Shown: positions 1 through 11,700 of the stretch, piece after piece
Layout of the letters: every line of letters begins with the position of its first letter
Position numbering within the stretch: position 1 is the first letter of the stretch
NCBI GenBank assembly: GCA_003990765.1
Contig: RBNJ01000222.1
Coordinates: 1 to 36,388 of the forward strand
Length of the DNA: 36,388 nt
Direction of reading: 5' to 3'
From: Jimgerdemannia flammicorona
Lineage: Eukaryota
Notes under the pieces: generated by a model
The model's database searches: none
What the model was told of the DNA's origin: nothing
Seen by the model: the letters and a program-made list of their open reading frames with translations, nothing else
Made by a program: the position numbers and the translations under genes

Positions 1-106
1 TCCCAGCGACCCCCCTCCCCCACCAGCCGACGCCCAACACCCAATCTATCCCCTATCTCTGCCCAAAAATCCCCCAAGACCTCACACTCCCCCAGCCAAT
101 GTTCCG
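1..106 (-). mobile_element. 5'-truncated L1/Tx1-like LINE fragment (ORF2 C-terminal zinc-finger region), running off the window start
   Basis: Minus strand reads PEHWLGECEVLGDFWAEIGDRLG, matching PEHWLGECKVLGEFWRCIMDRLG of the LINE at about 36265-36330. Same G-rich sense strand. Abuts LTR sequence at about 115. Confidence 0.8.
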
Positions 107-302
107 GTCAAGAGATTGTCTAACTGCTGAGTCAGTTCACAGTCATGTCATATAAGGCTAATCTAACTATACTATGACTGCTAAGCTATCTATAGATTTA
201 GATACTGTCTAGGTAGTCTTTGATGACATCACCATCAATGACATCATCTCTGATAAAGTAGTTGTCTAAGAAGAGTTATTTGTGGATTAATTCTATATAT
301 TC

Positions 303-348
<46 letters not shown>

Positions 349-351
<3 letters not shown>

Positions 352-1337
352 TAATAGTATATTGAGACTTCATTGCTGTCCTATAGAATAGTATCATCAG
401 TCTCATATGCTGGATAAGGTGTTAGTAGGTAAAGAAAGAGTGCATCATCTTCACTTTCATCAGATTCACTATTTGTATACCTCTTATAAGTTATAGCACT
501 ATGAGTTACTGGGTTGTAGTAAGCTAGTAGCTGTAGTTCATATTGTTCATACTCAGGTGGTGGGGTGGTTGGTTTGATCTTGAGGATTGTCTGAAGATAC
601 AGATTGTATTCTCTAGTTTCTTTATTATAGTTGAAGTAATTGGGGATAAATATGAGTTGGTATTCATACTAATGGTCATTGTCCTAATAAGTTTCATAGG
701 TGGTTATGAACTATTATAAGTTTATCAGCAAGGTTGGTGAAGTGATCAAGATTGGCAGAGATCCTTGGCTTGAGGTCATGTCAGCATCAGAGGGATCATT
801 ATCTTCTACTTCATCTTCATCAAATCAGATTATATTGTAGATATCCTTCGTAATATATCTGACTTAAGACATTTGTAAGATATAGTCATCAGGGTGCAGA
901 AAGATTCTGTCTGTAGTCTGAATATACTTAAGATACTTGTGGTTGAGTTCTTATATCATGTTATCTATTTGGCCATAAGATAGGATAGTAACCATTTCAG
1001 CAGTAGTAACTCAGAGGTAGGAAATAAAGATACTGTACTTATAGAAGAGTTCTCAATATTTGTGGACAATAAGTTTCTGGTGTTGAAACATCTGAGTAAT
1101 ATCTGTATCATAGTAGTATTTGACCATGTCTTTTAGGAGGTAGCTGATCTAGTAGTAGCTTGAGATTTATTCAATTCAGTGGACTTTGCTAAGCATATTC
1201 AGGGTGTTCTATCAGGCTTCCACAAAGTAGAGAGGTGCTAAGCTATAGATATTCATAAGGGGTAGAGAGAGTGTTGCTTGGTTGATAATGGTATTCCAAA
1301 TATCAGTACAGATATAGTTATAGATCTCAGTTGTCAT
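349..1337 (-). pseudogene. Degenerate ORF of about 330 codons inside the variant LTR; N-terminal half resembles Gypsy accessory ORF3
   Basis: One frame from ATG 1337 (MTTEIYNYICTDIWNT...); its stops revert to sense codons by single transitions. Contains YY*ISYLL...IVHKY*ELFYKYSIFISYL*VTT and acidic stretches (DEDEVEDND, SESDESEDD). The 3' end is uncertain. Confidence 0.6.
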
Positions 1338-1486
1338 GTTTATATATATTCAAGAGTTGGGGTTGTGTATTTGGTTTGTTTTGGTTCTTTATTTTGATAT
1401 GTCTCAGTACTTGGTATACATATATGTATTTAGTCCTGATTGGTAAGATCTCATTTGTATAAATCTTATATTCTATAACTTTATAT

Positions 1487-1562
1487 TGACTCAGCTTTAT
1501 ATACTGTGACTTTGGTTTGACTCAGCTTTGTATGCTGTGACTTTAGTTTGACTCAGCTTTAT
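1487..1562. repeat. 31-bp tandem repeat, about 2.4 copies
   Basis: TTGACTCAGCTTT(A/G)TAT(A/G)CTGTGACTTT(G/A)GT repeated. Confidence 0.8.
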
Positions 1563-2086
1563 GATCTTACAGGTGATTTCTAGATTTGTTCAGAGGTTGC
1601 ATGTGATTTCAGTAGCTTGTTTTGAGGGTAATGTGTGATTTTAGTAGCTTGGAGGTTGTATGCTTACAGATTAGATAAAAATAGTTAATTACTATAGTAG
1701 TCTATTAGAAAAAAAAAAAAAACTTTAAAAATATTATACTTTAATTTATCTGATATTATATAACTCTATTATTACTATTAAATACATATAATAATTTTAG
1801 TTTTTATAAAAGAAAGTAATTAAGTTTTAAAAAGAGAGACTTTTTTTACTTAAATTATTTAAAAAGAGCTAAGTTATAAATATATTCTTTTATGAAAAGT
1901 AATATATTAAATAGTTTTTACTTTATCTACTTAAATATATTAGGTTCAGAATAAGTCTAGTATTTAGCCAATACTATTTTTATTTACTTTTACTTAGTTT
2001 TAGAGAAACAGTAAGCTAGGAATTAACTAGCTCAGAGAGATTAATAAGAAGAGGGCTAGAGATAAAACTTTCTAGAAATTATATAG

Positions 2087-3592
2087 TATAAGAGGGTTAC
2101 TTTTTAGGGTAACCATTATGTAGTTCTGGAAGAGTTTTCTAGAAGTTCTGGATATTCTAGAAGACTGTTTTCTTAAGATCAAGATCAATTTCATATGGAG
2201 TACATCCTCTATGCTTATTGATTTTAAGATCAGATTGACATCTCAACTAAAGTTCTTTTTTGGACTAGTTCTGGATGTTCAGGATTTTCCATATTTCAAG
2301 AAGTTTAAGAAACTAAGACCAGCTTAGTTGAATCAACATATTGCTGCAGAAAATACCCAATTAGGAAATTTCGTGATGGGGTTAGGAGTGGGACTTAATG
2401 GGGAGCAGATTTACTTAAAAGTAGTTTGTGGGTTATTAAATAGGTTTATTAACTATTCATAATATTACTATACTAAGAGTAGTTGTATGAAGGGATATTG
2501 TGGAAAAGTATTCAGGAGTTGTATTCAAATTGTTCAGGTCTGTAAGTCTGAGATTCTGAGGTCTGGGAGAGGGGATATTTATACTAGTGAGGGGCTATCT
2601 GGACTATGCTAAATATGGATATAGCACTTAGTGCCTTGCTGAGTCAGAATACAGTTATATAGTACAAGTTTAATCTGATATATTAAGAGATCATCTGACT
2701 GCTGAGTTAGTTCACAGTCACATCATATAAGGCTAATCTAACTATACTATGACTGCTAAGCTATTTATAGATCTAGATACTGTCTAGTTAGTCTTTGATG
2801 ACATTACTATTGATGACATCATTGCTAGCAAAGTCTGAGCAGTTTTCTGACTTCTGATATCATCAGTTTCCAAGGTATCATCACTTCTATCTCTTGCAAG
2901 ATTGAGACTGTTCTTGGTTGTAGTGGTTGCACAAGGTTAACAGGTCTTGGTTCTCTTTTTTTTTGATCTGCTGGTGCATTTGCAAGGACTGGCCATCCTT
3001 GTCTAGGGCGAGGGCTCCCAATGTCACAGCTGGAGGTTCAAATCTCTCAGAAATGATATTTTCTGTAATCCAAGGCAATTTCTAGTAGTTATATCTGTCA
3101 CATGGATAGCTTGAGATTGGTTTTGATGATGTTGGCTTTCTTGAGTTCAGATGAAGCATCCATCACTCTCTAATAAAGGTGACACAGATAGAGCAAATAG
3201 AGTTGTTCAAATGCATTTTGCTTCTACTAAGTAATGAGGTCTTGTATAGTTGCAGAGTATCCTGGTCTTGAGTTGATAAGTACAGTTCATGAACCTTTTG
3301 ATAGATGAGATAGAGTTCTTCTTATCTTGAATTGAGTTTGGTACTTCTGGTTTTCTTTGTAATATATAGTACAGTATACCAAACTAGTTATAGTGGTTCA
3401 GAGTTGGTCTTATGGTTGTAGTACTTCTTCTAGTATTCTTGTGTCTTAGCAGTGGGTTCTCATGCTTGCTGGCATATTTTGTATAACCAGATGATCTCTT
3501 CAGTAACTTGTTTTGTAGTCTCACATATGGTTTCCAAATTAGTTCTTAAGGATGATATGTGATTTTAGTGGCTTGGAGGTTGTGCACTTATA
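2087..3592 (-). repeat. 3' LTR, about 1.5 kb
   Basis: Reverse complement of 29173-30675 over its full length. TGTAAG..CTTACA termini decayed to TATAAG..CTTATA. PPT AGAAGGGGAGAG immediately upstream on the minus strand (3594-3605). Confidence 0.9.
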
Positions 3593-4018
3593 ACTCTCCC
3601 CTTCTTAGCTTTTGACATTCTCATCAGAGCCTTCTAATTTGTTCTAGTATTGTTATACCATTTGGAAGGTCAAAAGTCTAGTGAAGTCTATTTTTCTCAG
3701 AAAGTGGCATACTCATAGTACAGTTGCCTAATATATTGGATTTATATGTTAAAGGGTCATGTGTTCAATGCTATATACTAGAAGTGATTCTGACATTATT
3801 CACTACTGGAGAATTTCCTCTAAGGAATCTTCTTAAATGTCTATATCTCATTTCCCACCAGTGGTATAGGGAGAATAGACTTACTTTCAGTTTTGTTATT
3901 TTTCCAGAGGGTTGGTATTCTTTGTCTTGACTTGCTAAGTTCTTGATTTTTTGCTCATAATAATTATAATATTCAGGAGGGTAATATATAGTGTGTACTG
4001 ATAGGTATCAGATAGATT

Positions 4019-4594
4019 TTAGTTGTTCGAGAAATCATATTCCTGAACTAAGTCAGTAGTATTCTGGAGATTGGTCTTGGGTTCCCATGTTGTATTGTAG
4101 ATCAGGTAACATTTCTATTTAACAAGATACTCAGGGTGGTTCTTGTTGCCATGTTTATTGAGAATTTGTTCAACTTCATATTCTTCTTGATCATTAATTA
4201 TGATAGGTGCAGGTGGTTCAGTGGTTTGGTTTAGGAATAGCTCATCATTGTTTTCATTGTATCACTTGAGACATTGGACATTAAAGACTGAGTGGACCCT
4301 AATGGTGTCAGGTAGTACTAATTTGTAGGAAGTAGAAGAGACTTATGTAATGACTTCGAATGGTTCAATGAACTTACTGTTCAGCTTTATAGATGGTCTG
4401 TACTTGAGGTTGTCAACTCAGTATCCTCAGATATCCAGTAGAACTTTTTCTTCAATGTCAAAGGTTTCTTCTCAGTAGTGTTGGTTAATATATTGTGACT
4501 GTTATTCCTGAGCTCATAATAAATTCTCAATTGCAATTTGGCTTAGATTATGTATTTGGAGTAAGAATTCTTCAACAGCTTCGACTGTAGAGGG
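4019..4594 (-). pseudogene. Integrase C-terminus (GPF motif) plus chromodomain
   Basis: KLNSKFIEPFEVI (decayed GPF motif), then EEYEVEQILNKHGNKNHPEYLVK*KCYLIYNTTWEPKTNL at 4019-4186, a canonical chromodomain pattern. Confidence 0.88.
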
Positions 4595-4986
4595 TAGTGT
4601 TCCCAACGAATTGAATTGAATCAAATTTGGCCCAAACTCGATTTGATTCGATTGAATCAAGGGTCCAATTTGATTTGAAGTTTGATTTGAACCTTAATTT
4701 TCAAAATGTAATAACTCAACGAAAACTCATCCAAATTTAACATATTTTAGCTTGTTAGATTCACCGTATTAATGTGAATTCTAACAAGCTAAAGTACGTT
4801 AGATTTGGATGAGTTTACGCTGAGTTATTGCATTTTGAAAATTAGGGTTTGAATCAGACCCTCAATTTGATTCAACTTTTGATTCAATTTGAATTGATTT
4901 GAATTGAAAAATCCCCAATTCGATTCGACTCATTTAACTCTCAATTCGATTCAATTCGAATTGATTCAACTTTTTTGGGAGCACTA
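4595..4986. mobile_element. Non-autonomous hAT-like MITE, copy 1
   Basis: TIR TAGTG(T/C)TCCCAA / TTGGGAGCACTA. Subterminal 5-mer arrays (ATTCG/ATTTG). Central long inverted repeat. Flanks do not form a TSD. Confidence 0.8.
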
Positions 4987-4998
4987 TTGAGTTAATAA

Positions 4999-5381
4999 TA
5001 GTGCTCCCAATAAATTGAATCGAATTGAATTTGGCCCAAACTTGATTCGATTCAATTGAATCAAGGGTCCAATTCAATTCAATTCAAATCAAATCAAAGG
5101 TCCAATTTGATTTGAAGTTCGATTTGAACCTTAATTTTCAAAATATAATAACTTGATGAAAACTCATCCAAATTTAACATATTTTAGCTTATTAGATTCA
5201 CCATATTAATGTGATTCTAACAAGCTAAAGTACATTAGATTTGGATGAGTTTACGCTGAATTATTGCATTTTGAAAATTAGGGTTCAAATTAGACCCTCA
5301 ATTTGATTCAACTTTTGATTTGATTCAAATTGATTTGAATTGAAAAATCCCCAATTTGATTCAACTCATTTGGGAGCACTA
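4999..5381. mobile_element. Non-autonomous hAT-like MITE, copy 2
   Basis: Perfect 12-bp TIR TAGTGCTCCCAA. 8-bp TSD GTTAATAA (4991-4998) / GTTGATAA (5382-5389), one transition apart. An 8-bp TSD and YAGTG terminus are typical of hAT. Confidence 0.85.
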
Positions 5382-5698
5382 GTTGATAAGTACAGTTCAT
5401 GAACCTTTTGATGGATGAGATAGGGTTCTTCTTGTCTCAAATTGAGTTTAGTACTTCTGGTTTCCTTTGTAATAGTACAGTACACCAAACTAGTTATAGC
5501 AGTTTAGAGTTGGTCTTATAGTTGTAGTACTTCTTCTAGTATTCTTGTATCTTAGCAGTGGGTTCTCATACTTGCTGATGTATTTTGTATAACCAGATGA
5601 TCTCTTCAGTAACTTATTTTGTAGTCTTACATGTGGTTTCCAAATTAGTTCTTAAGGATGACATATGATTTTGGTGGCTTGGAGGTTGTATGCTTACA
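5382..5698 (-). repeat. Remnant (first about 317 bp) of the chromovirus 5' LTR
   Basis: Near-identical to 3272-3592; intact TGTAAG terminus. Confidence 0.9.
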
Positions 5699-5703
5699 TA
5701 TAG

Positions 5704-8221
5704 TAACTACTAATATTAGAGATATTAGAGAGAGTAGAGAGTTATAAAGAAAAATAAAAGATATTTACTGGAAATTAATAATAAATAGTAAGAGAAAGAA
5801 GAAAGATTATTAGATTTTTAATAAAAGATAGAAGAGATATAGTATTGATAAAGAAACAAAAATCTCAGAGATCAAAGATAAAGAGATATGACTGAAAATT
5901 CTAAAGCTGAGCAAATAGCTAAGAAATACTAAAATTAGTAAAAGTATAACTAGAGGTATGACTGATAGAGTAAATGAGAATGGAGAGAGAATAATACTAA
6001 CCATTAGATCTGAAGAAATAGTAGTGAGACTCTTTTTTTACAAGTTGGTATCTATGTAAGTAATCTTGGTAAATTTTCTAGATCTTAGTATATAATTGAT
6101 AAAAAGATAAAAGAAACTAAATCTTTGAAGTTTATTACCTTAGTAAAGACTGTAAATATTAGCTTTATAGAGAAAAATATAATAATAGTTATCTTGAAAA
6201 AAGAGTTACTAATCAAAAGTATTAAGGTAAAGATAATTAGATATCTGAGATAAGATCTGAGAACTATTAGACTAATGATGAAAGAAGTGCTGATCTTGAG
6301 AAGATAAGAGATAAAAGAGATAATTACTGAGACTCTGAAGCAGTATAGAGAGATATTAGATTTTGAATTTATATTTTAGAAGAATACTAAGTTATATAAT
6401 AGAATCTATAAAGCTATAGTGAGGCTAAAGAGATAGAAAGTAACTAGATTGAGAAGAGACTATATAACTAGAGTTCATTTATATTATAAAATAGAATTAT
6501 AAGATATAGTGATAGAAAATTCTAAACAGAAGGAAGATGAGCTAATAATAGTCTTAAAGAAGAGAGAAGCTATAAAAGTAATATATTAGAAGAAATAAGT
6601 GAGATTTTTAAAGAACTGAGTTTGAATTCAGACTAAAAACAGAAGAAAGAAAGTGAGAAAGATAGAATAAAAGAAATTATAAAAGATAATAGAGTATATA
6701 GTAATTGAGATAAAAAAAAAAAAGACTTATATAAAAAAGAGACTGAGATTTCTATTTTATACTTAAAGAAATTAAGAGTTTACAATATATACTGGTGAGA
6801 AGTAAGAGGCTGATAGTAAGAAAGAGTAGAGAGATAGTATTGAGAAAGAGCTAAAAATGATATTAGAAGAATATAAGAATAGTAAAAATAGTAAAAATAT
6901 AGTAAAGCTGTCTAAATATTAAAGAGATAGTAAAATCTATAAGAGTTGGTAGTAAAGAGAAGTTGTTGAAGGTTCAGTCTGATATATTTGAAGATAGAAA
7001 GATTTTTCAGAAGCTAATTAGGATTTCAAGACTATAGATACTAGTATTAAAAGAGATTATAAAGAAGAATTAATTTAAGCAAACTTTAAAGAAAATAGCT
7101 ATAGAGAATATCAGAGAGATAAATATATTTAATAGTTTATAAGAGAAGTGGAAAAACTTTTTAAATATTATATTCTAAGATCAAAACTAATAATAACAAT
7201 AGTGGTAGCAATTCTAGAGAATAAAAAGTATAAAATAGATATAATAAGAATAACTAAGATCAAAAAGATAGTAAGGAATTATATAACTAGTTCTATAAGA
7301 GTAAAAATAGAAAGTATATTTAGAAGACAGTCTGTAAGAAGAAGAGAGATATTATATTGATCAGAGTGGAGAAGATTGTAGAAAATATAAGTGTAATCTT
7401 TATTATTAACTTAATATTATAAAGAGACTATATATATTATTAATAAACTGAGAGATAGGATGAAGAGAAGATATCTGTTTATATAACTCAAAGTATAGTA
7501 ATATAATCTGATATTGATATAAGATATCAGAATATATAAAGAAAAAGACATTATAAAATATATAGAGTAAAAAGAGATTTTATAGCTCAGACTAGAATAA
7601 GTAGATAGAAATTTTGATAGAAGTAAAAAAAAAAAAAGAGCTAGAGAATATTGAATAGTGAGAGATAGATTGATATAAAGTAGATTGAAGAAAATAAACT
7701 AATAGTGGGTTTAATTTATCTTCTGATAGTAGTTAGAAAGCAAAAATAATAACTAAAAGATTAAAAGAAGTGAGATGATAGAGAGAATATAGAGTTGGAA
7801 AAAAACTTCAATATGATATATAATTAATATATATATATAGATAGGTCTATAGTGGGGCAGATGTTTCTATATTTCTGAGACTGGAGAGATAGCTATAAGT
7901 AAAAAGAAAGATAAAACTAATAGATAGTATTAGATAGAAGAGAAATAGAGAGAAAAGATCTTTTATAAGGTAGTACAGAGTAAGTTATAGCTTGATTGAA
8001 ATATATATTAATTGAGTATTAGTAAATAAATATTGAGAGAATATACTGAATATAGTTGAGATAAGATACATAATATTCTTAATTAGACTATTAGAGAGTA
8101 AAGATTAGTAAGAAGTTTAGAGTATTAAATATTGATAAAAACAGACAATAGTTAAATATTATTTTACTAGAAAGAAAAGTAATTTATAATAGAGACTAGA
8201 TATAAAGTAGGTAGATAGTAG
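5704..8221 (+). mobile_element. Heavily G>A-decayed L1/Tx1-like LINE relic (ORF1 plus endonuclease region); continues at about 14914-15200
   Basis: ETLKQYRDI (about 6330) resembles ORF1 EAIKEYGEI. AAA AAC TTC AAT ATG (about 7801) matches GDFNM, followed by RLDW-, SDH- and WxLN-like remnants in the expected order. Purine-rich sense strand. Boundaries approximate. Confidence 0.55.
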
Positions 8222-8689
8222 TGTAATGGTACAGCCAAATTTGGAAGAAGGAAATAGGGAATAGATACTTGATCACACCCAGTCCCAAAGTAATATAGCC
8301 TTATAGTTAGCAGTCCTCGATTTCGATATTGTCTAAATTCTTAGACATTGTCTAAATTTTTAGACATTATCCAAATCGAATGTCCTGATTTAGTATAGCA
8401 TTTAGATATTGTCCAAATATTTTGACAAAGTCCAAATGACTCATTTATTACTTAGCCACCCTTGCATAGCTAGCAAACTTGTATAAATAACCCAGTATCT
8501 TGGAGTGAATAAACCTCAGATCGAAAGTATTAGAAAAAGAACAAGTATACCAATAAAAGGACCTTCGGGATTACTTCTTTAAAAACACATTTGGCCTCAA
8601 GGAACTACTGACTCTGGGAGTCAAGAAGACAAAAATTCAAGATAAAGAAATCTGATGTACTTACCCATCTTAGTGTCCACTACATTACA
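8222..8689 (+). repeat. 5' LTR (468 bp)
   Basis: TGTAATG...CATTACA termini; direct repeat of 14447-14913; contains TATAAATA and AATAAA. Confidence 0.97.
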
Positions 8690-8692
8690 ACT

Positions 8693-8709
8693 TGGTGCCC
8701 ATTGGCTGG
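8693..8709 (+). promoter_or_regulatory. Primer binding site TGGTGCCCATTGGCTGG
   Basis: Starts with TGG 3 nt after the LTR; decayed version at 23193 in the second copy. Cognate tRNA not determined. Confidence 0.75.
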
Positions 8710-8794
8710 TGATTCAAGATGAATCCCTCACTTTCAAGCTGAACAATGAACAACCGTAACAAGAACCCACACAACACAATCAGACAAAATAGAT

Positions 8795-11700
8795 ATGAGA
8801 CCACCTGTATTTCATGGATACACCTCTGATGAATCAATCATCACCTTCATCGACGATTTCAAGCAATATACTGCCATAAGGACCTTAAGTATAGCACAAC
8901 AAGTAGCCCTACTCTCTGTAAGCCTCAGAGGCCCAGCAAGAACTGCATTTACTATAGCCAATATTGTGGGAAATGACAATCCAGCAAGACTCCTAGCTTT
9001 CAAGGCCTGGCTCCAAGCAACCTATTATACAGATGAAATCAAACAAGCATTCAAGGATCAACTAAATACTATCTGCCAAGGAATGTCTGAAGACCCAAAC
9101 ACATTCTACACAAGAATCCGACATCAAATAGTCCTTGCTGACTACCCTGATGCAGTTCAAGACCAAGTGGCTGAGAATACCTTCATGAAAGGCATTCATC
9201 AAGAAATTGCTTTAGCTATCTGATCTACTCCAATGGTGCTGGACCTGGGCCAGAAGGTTACCTATGCCCAAAGATACTGGACTACCAGACACCCTCAAGG
9301 CCATACAATGGAAAGAATAACAGGAGTAAAAATTGAACAAGTACCAAGGGTCACCAATATAGTCCCAGCTATCATAGTCAACTGAAATACTCAACGATAA
9401 TCACAAGAACAGAGAAGGGTTGACCCAATGGAGGAATTGGCCAAACAGTTTGCAGAAATGACTGCACACCTCAGTGACATAGTCAAAGAGTTCAAGAAGA
9501 AGCCAGTATAGAAGTTTGCTGCTACAAATGCAAGATGATCAATAACATGCTACAACTGTGGAGAAGAAGACCACTATGCCTCCGAATGCATGACAGAAAC
9601 CAAGCGAAAAGCCAATCCAAGCAATGCAACCAGAAACCGTGAGCAGGCAAACACTATCACCTTCAAGGAGATTGGAGAATCTGAGGAAGAGAGGGAGGAA
9701 TGGGAAGCTTACCCTGCCACCTCAAGCAAGAAGGATGTCTGATCCAGTCCCTACAAAAGATCTCCAGGCAGACCCCCTAAGAAGGCCCAGACACAAACAA
9801 GATAACCAGAAACAGTCATCAAAAAAGAGAACCAGCAGAGCGAAGCTGATCAAGATATGGAGCTGGAACAAGATGCTGAACTTGAACAAGTGGTAGAAGA
9901 TATCATTAGAAACACCACCCCATCAAGTGAAGGGAGGAAGGAGCAGAAATTGCACAAGAGCAAGACCTTTAAATATGATATCTTCAAGGACCTCAAGGAC
10001 CAAAAAGTCAATGCAACCTTTGGCCAACTAGCAGAAATCCCAATCTTCAGACAACAAATAAGGACAGGAATCTCAGATATTGGCAAAGACCAAGGTTGGA
10101 AAATAATTGAAGCCAATAATGCACAAGAAGATTCAGATGAAGAGAGTGAAGATAATTGGAAAACATCAGCCTATGCTATCTGCCAGATCGAGGATCGAGT
10201 CTTCAAAGCCATTATTGATATGGGAGTAGGAGGATGTCTCATCACCAAGAAAGCAGTAGACTGCCTAGGCTGGGAGATAGAAGAAGCCACCAAACTGGTA
10301 TTTGTCACAGCTGATGGAACATGAGCAACACCCTTGGGAAAGATCTGAGATGTACCAATCAAGTTCAGAGAGGCCACTATCCCTGTGAATGTCATTATCA
10401 TCAATGCAACCAACTATGATATCCTCATCGGCAATCAATAGCTTCATAAAGCCAAGGCAATAATTGACCTCAGTGCACAGAAGATGCAGATCGTCTACTA
10501 GGGAAAGAAGATTAGAATTCCCATCAATGTCTACAAAGGAGTCCACCCCGAGATAGAGGAAGACCAAGAAGAAGAAGTCTACATAGTTACTATAAAGAAA
10601 GGAAAAGGCAAGCAATTGACAGAGGAAGAATGGTATATAAGAATCACAGATGGATATGCCCTACTAGGAAGGTGCCCCCATGGTGAAAGAATGTACTGTG
10701 CCCAGCACTTGGGTCACTGCTACTCTTGTATCATTGAGGTAAAGAAGATCACCAACAAGCCAAAGAAGAACCAGGAGGAACTAGAAGATGGACCACCAGA
10801 GTTATTGGATGACAGTGATGATGAGGATGAAGATATCATAGTCAAGATATGAAGGATTCACCCTGATGCAGTCATACCACAGTACAAGTCGGAGAATGCA
10901 GCTGGAATAGACCTATCTACTACTATATACACAATACTCGAACCACAGACTACTACCATTCTAGGAACAGGAATTGAAGTAACCATCCTACCAAACCATG
11001 TCGGAATCCTCAAGACAAGGAGTAGCCTGGCGAAAAGCAAAATATCTATAGAAGGAGGAGTCATCGATTTGGATTATACTGGAGAAATCCTTCTCCTTAC
11101 TAGAAACCACAACCCAACAATCCCATTTGAAGTAAGGAAGAAGGATCGGCTGGCACAAATGCTCATCCTATCTGTCCTTAATCCAAGAATCAAGGAGGTC
11201 ACAAACATCAGACAAACTCAGCAAGAGAGAGCTGGATTTAGCTCTACCGGAAGAGGAGTCCTCACAGCAACTAAGATCACCGAATTGAAGCACAAGAAGG
11301 AGGAAAGCCAAGACAAACACACCTACACAATCGGAAGAAACTTCCCCCTCAGGGTAGAATTGCAGAGCCTCTTGTATACATTCGAAGATATACTGGCCAC
11401 AGATTTCAAGGACATCAAGACCAAGAAACCCTTGTATTATCATGATGTCAATACTGGAGATACAAAGCCAATCTATCAGAAGGCCTGCCCCATTCCACCA
11501 GCATACAGAGAATGGCTCAAGACAGAGATCAAGGAAATGGAGGAATCTGGTATCATTAAAGAAGCCAGCAGCCCTTGGTCCTCCCCTATTGTCCTTGTAC
11601 CAAAGAAAGGAAGCCAACCAGGAGAATTTACACCAAGACTCTGCACAGACTATAGAAGACTCAATGAGGTCACAGAGAAGGACAGACAACCATTGCTAAA

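Larger units (their letters stand above)
115..1668 (-). mobile_element. Truncated variant LTR of the chromodomain-Gypsy family with a different internal cassette
   Basis: Minus-strand start TGTAAGCATACAACCTCCAAGC matches the LTR starts at 5698 and 29173. 115-250 matches about 2692-2822. 250-1610 does not align to the standard LTR. Confidence 0.75.
2087..5698 (-). mobile_element. Internally deleted chromodomain Gypsy (chromovirus-type) LTR retrotransposon
   Basis: Perfect 5-bp TSD TATAG (2082-2086, 5699-5703). 3' LTR 2087-3592 with an adjacent polypurine tract. Integrase C-terminus with chromodomain. 5' LTR remnant 5382-5698. Confidence 0.9.

Noticed and set aside
270..360. Poly(A) retroposed insertion with TSD at the long A run (307-347)
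   Set aside because: The candidate duplication (AAGAGTTATT vs AAGAGGTAAT) has transversion mismatches and no AATAAA. Possible but unsupported.
4595..5381. CRISPR array or satellite
   Set aside because: No repeat-spacer structure; TIRs and an 8-bp TSD explain it as two MITEs.
5810..7360. Short Ile/Lys/Leu-rich ORFs (5810-6004, 7148-7360) as host genes
   Set aside because: Chance frames in G>A-decayed LINE sequence.
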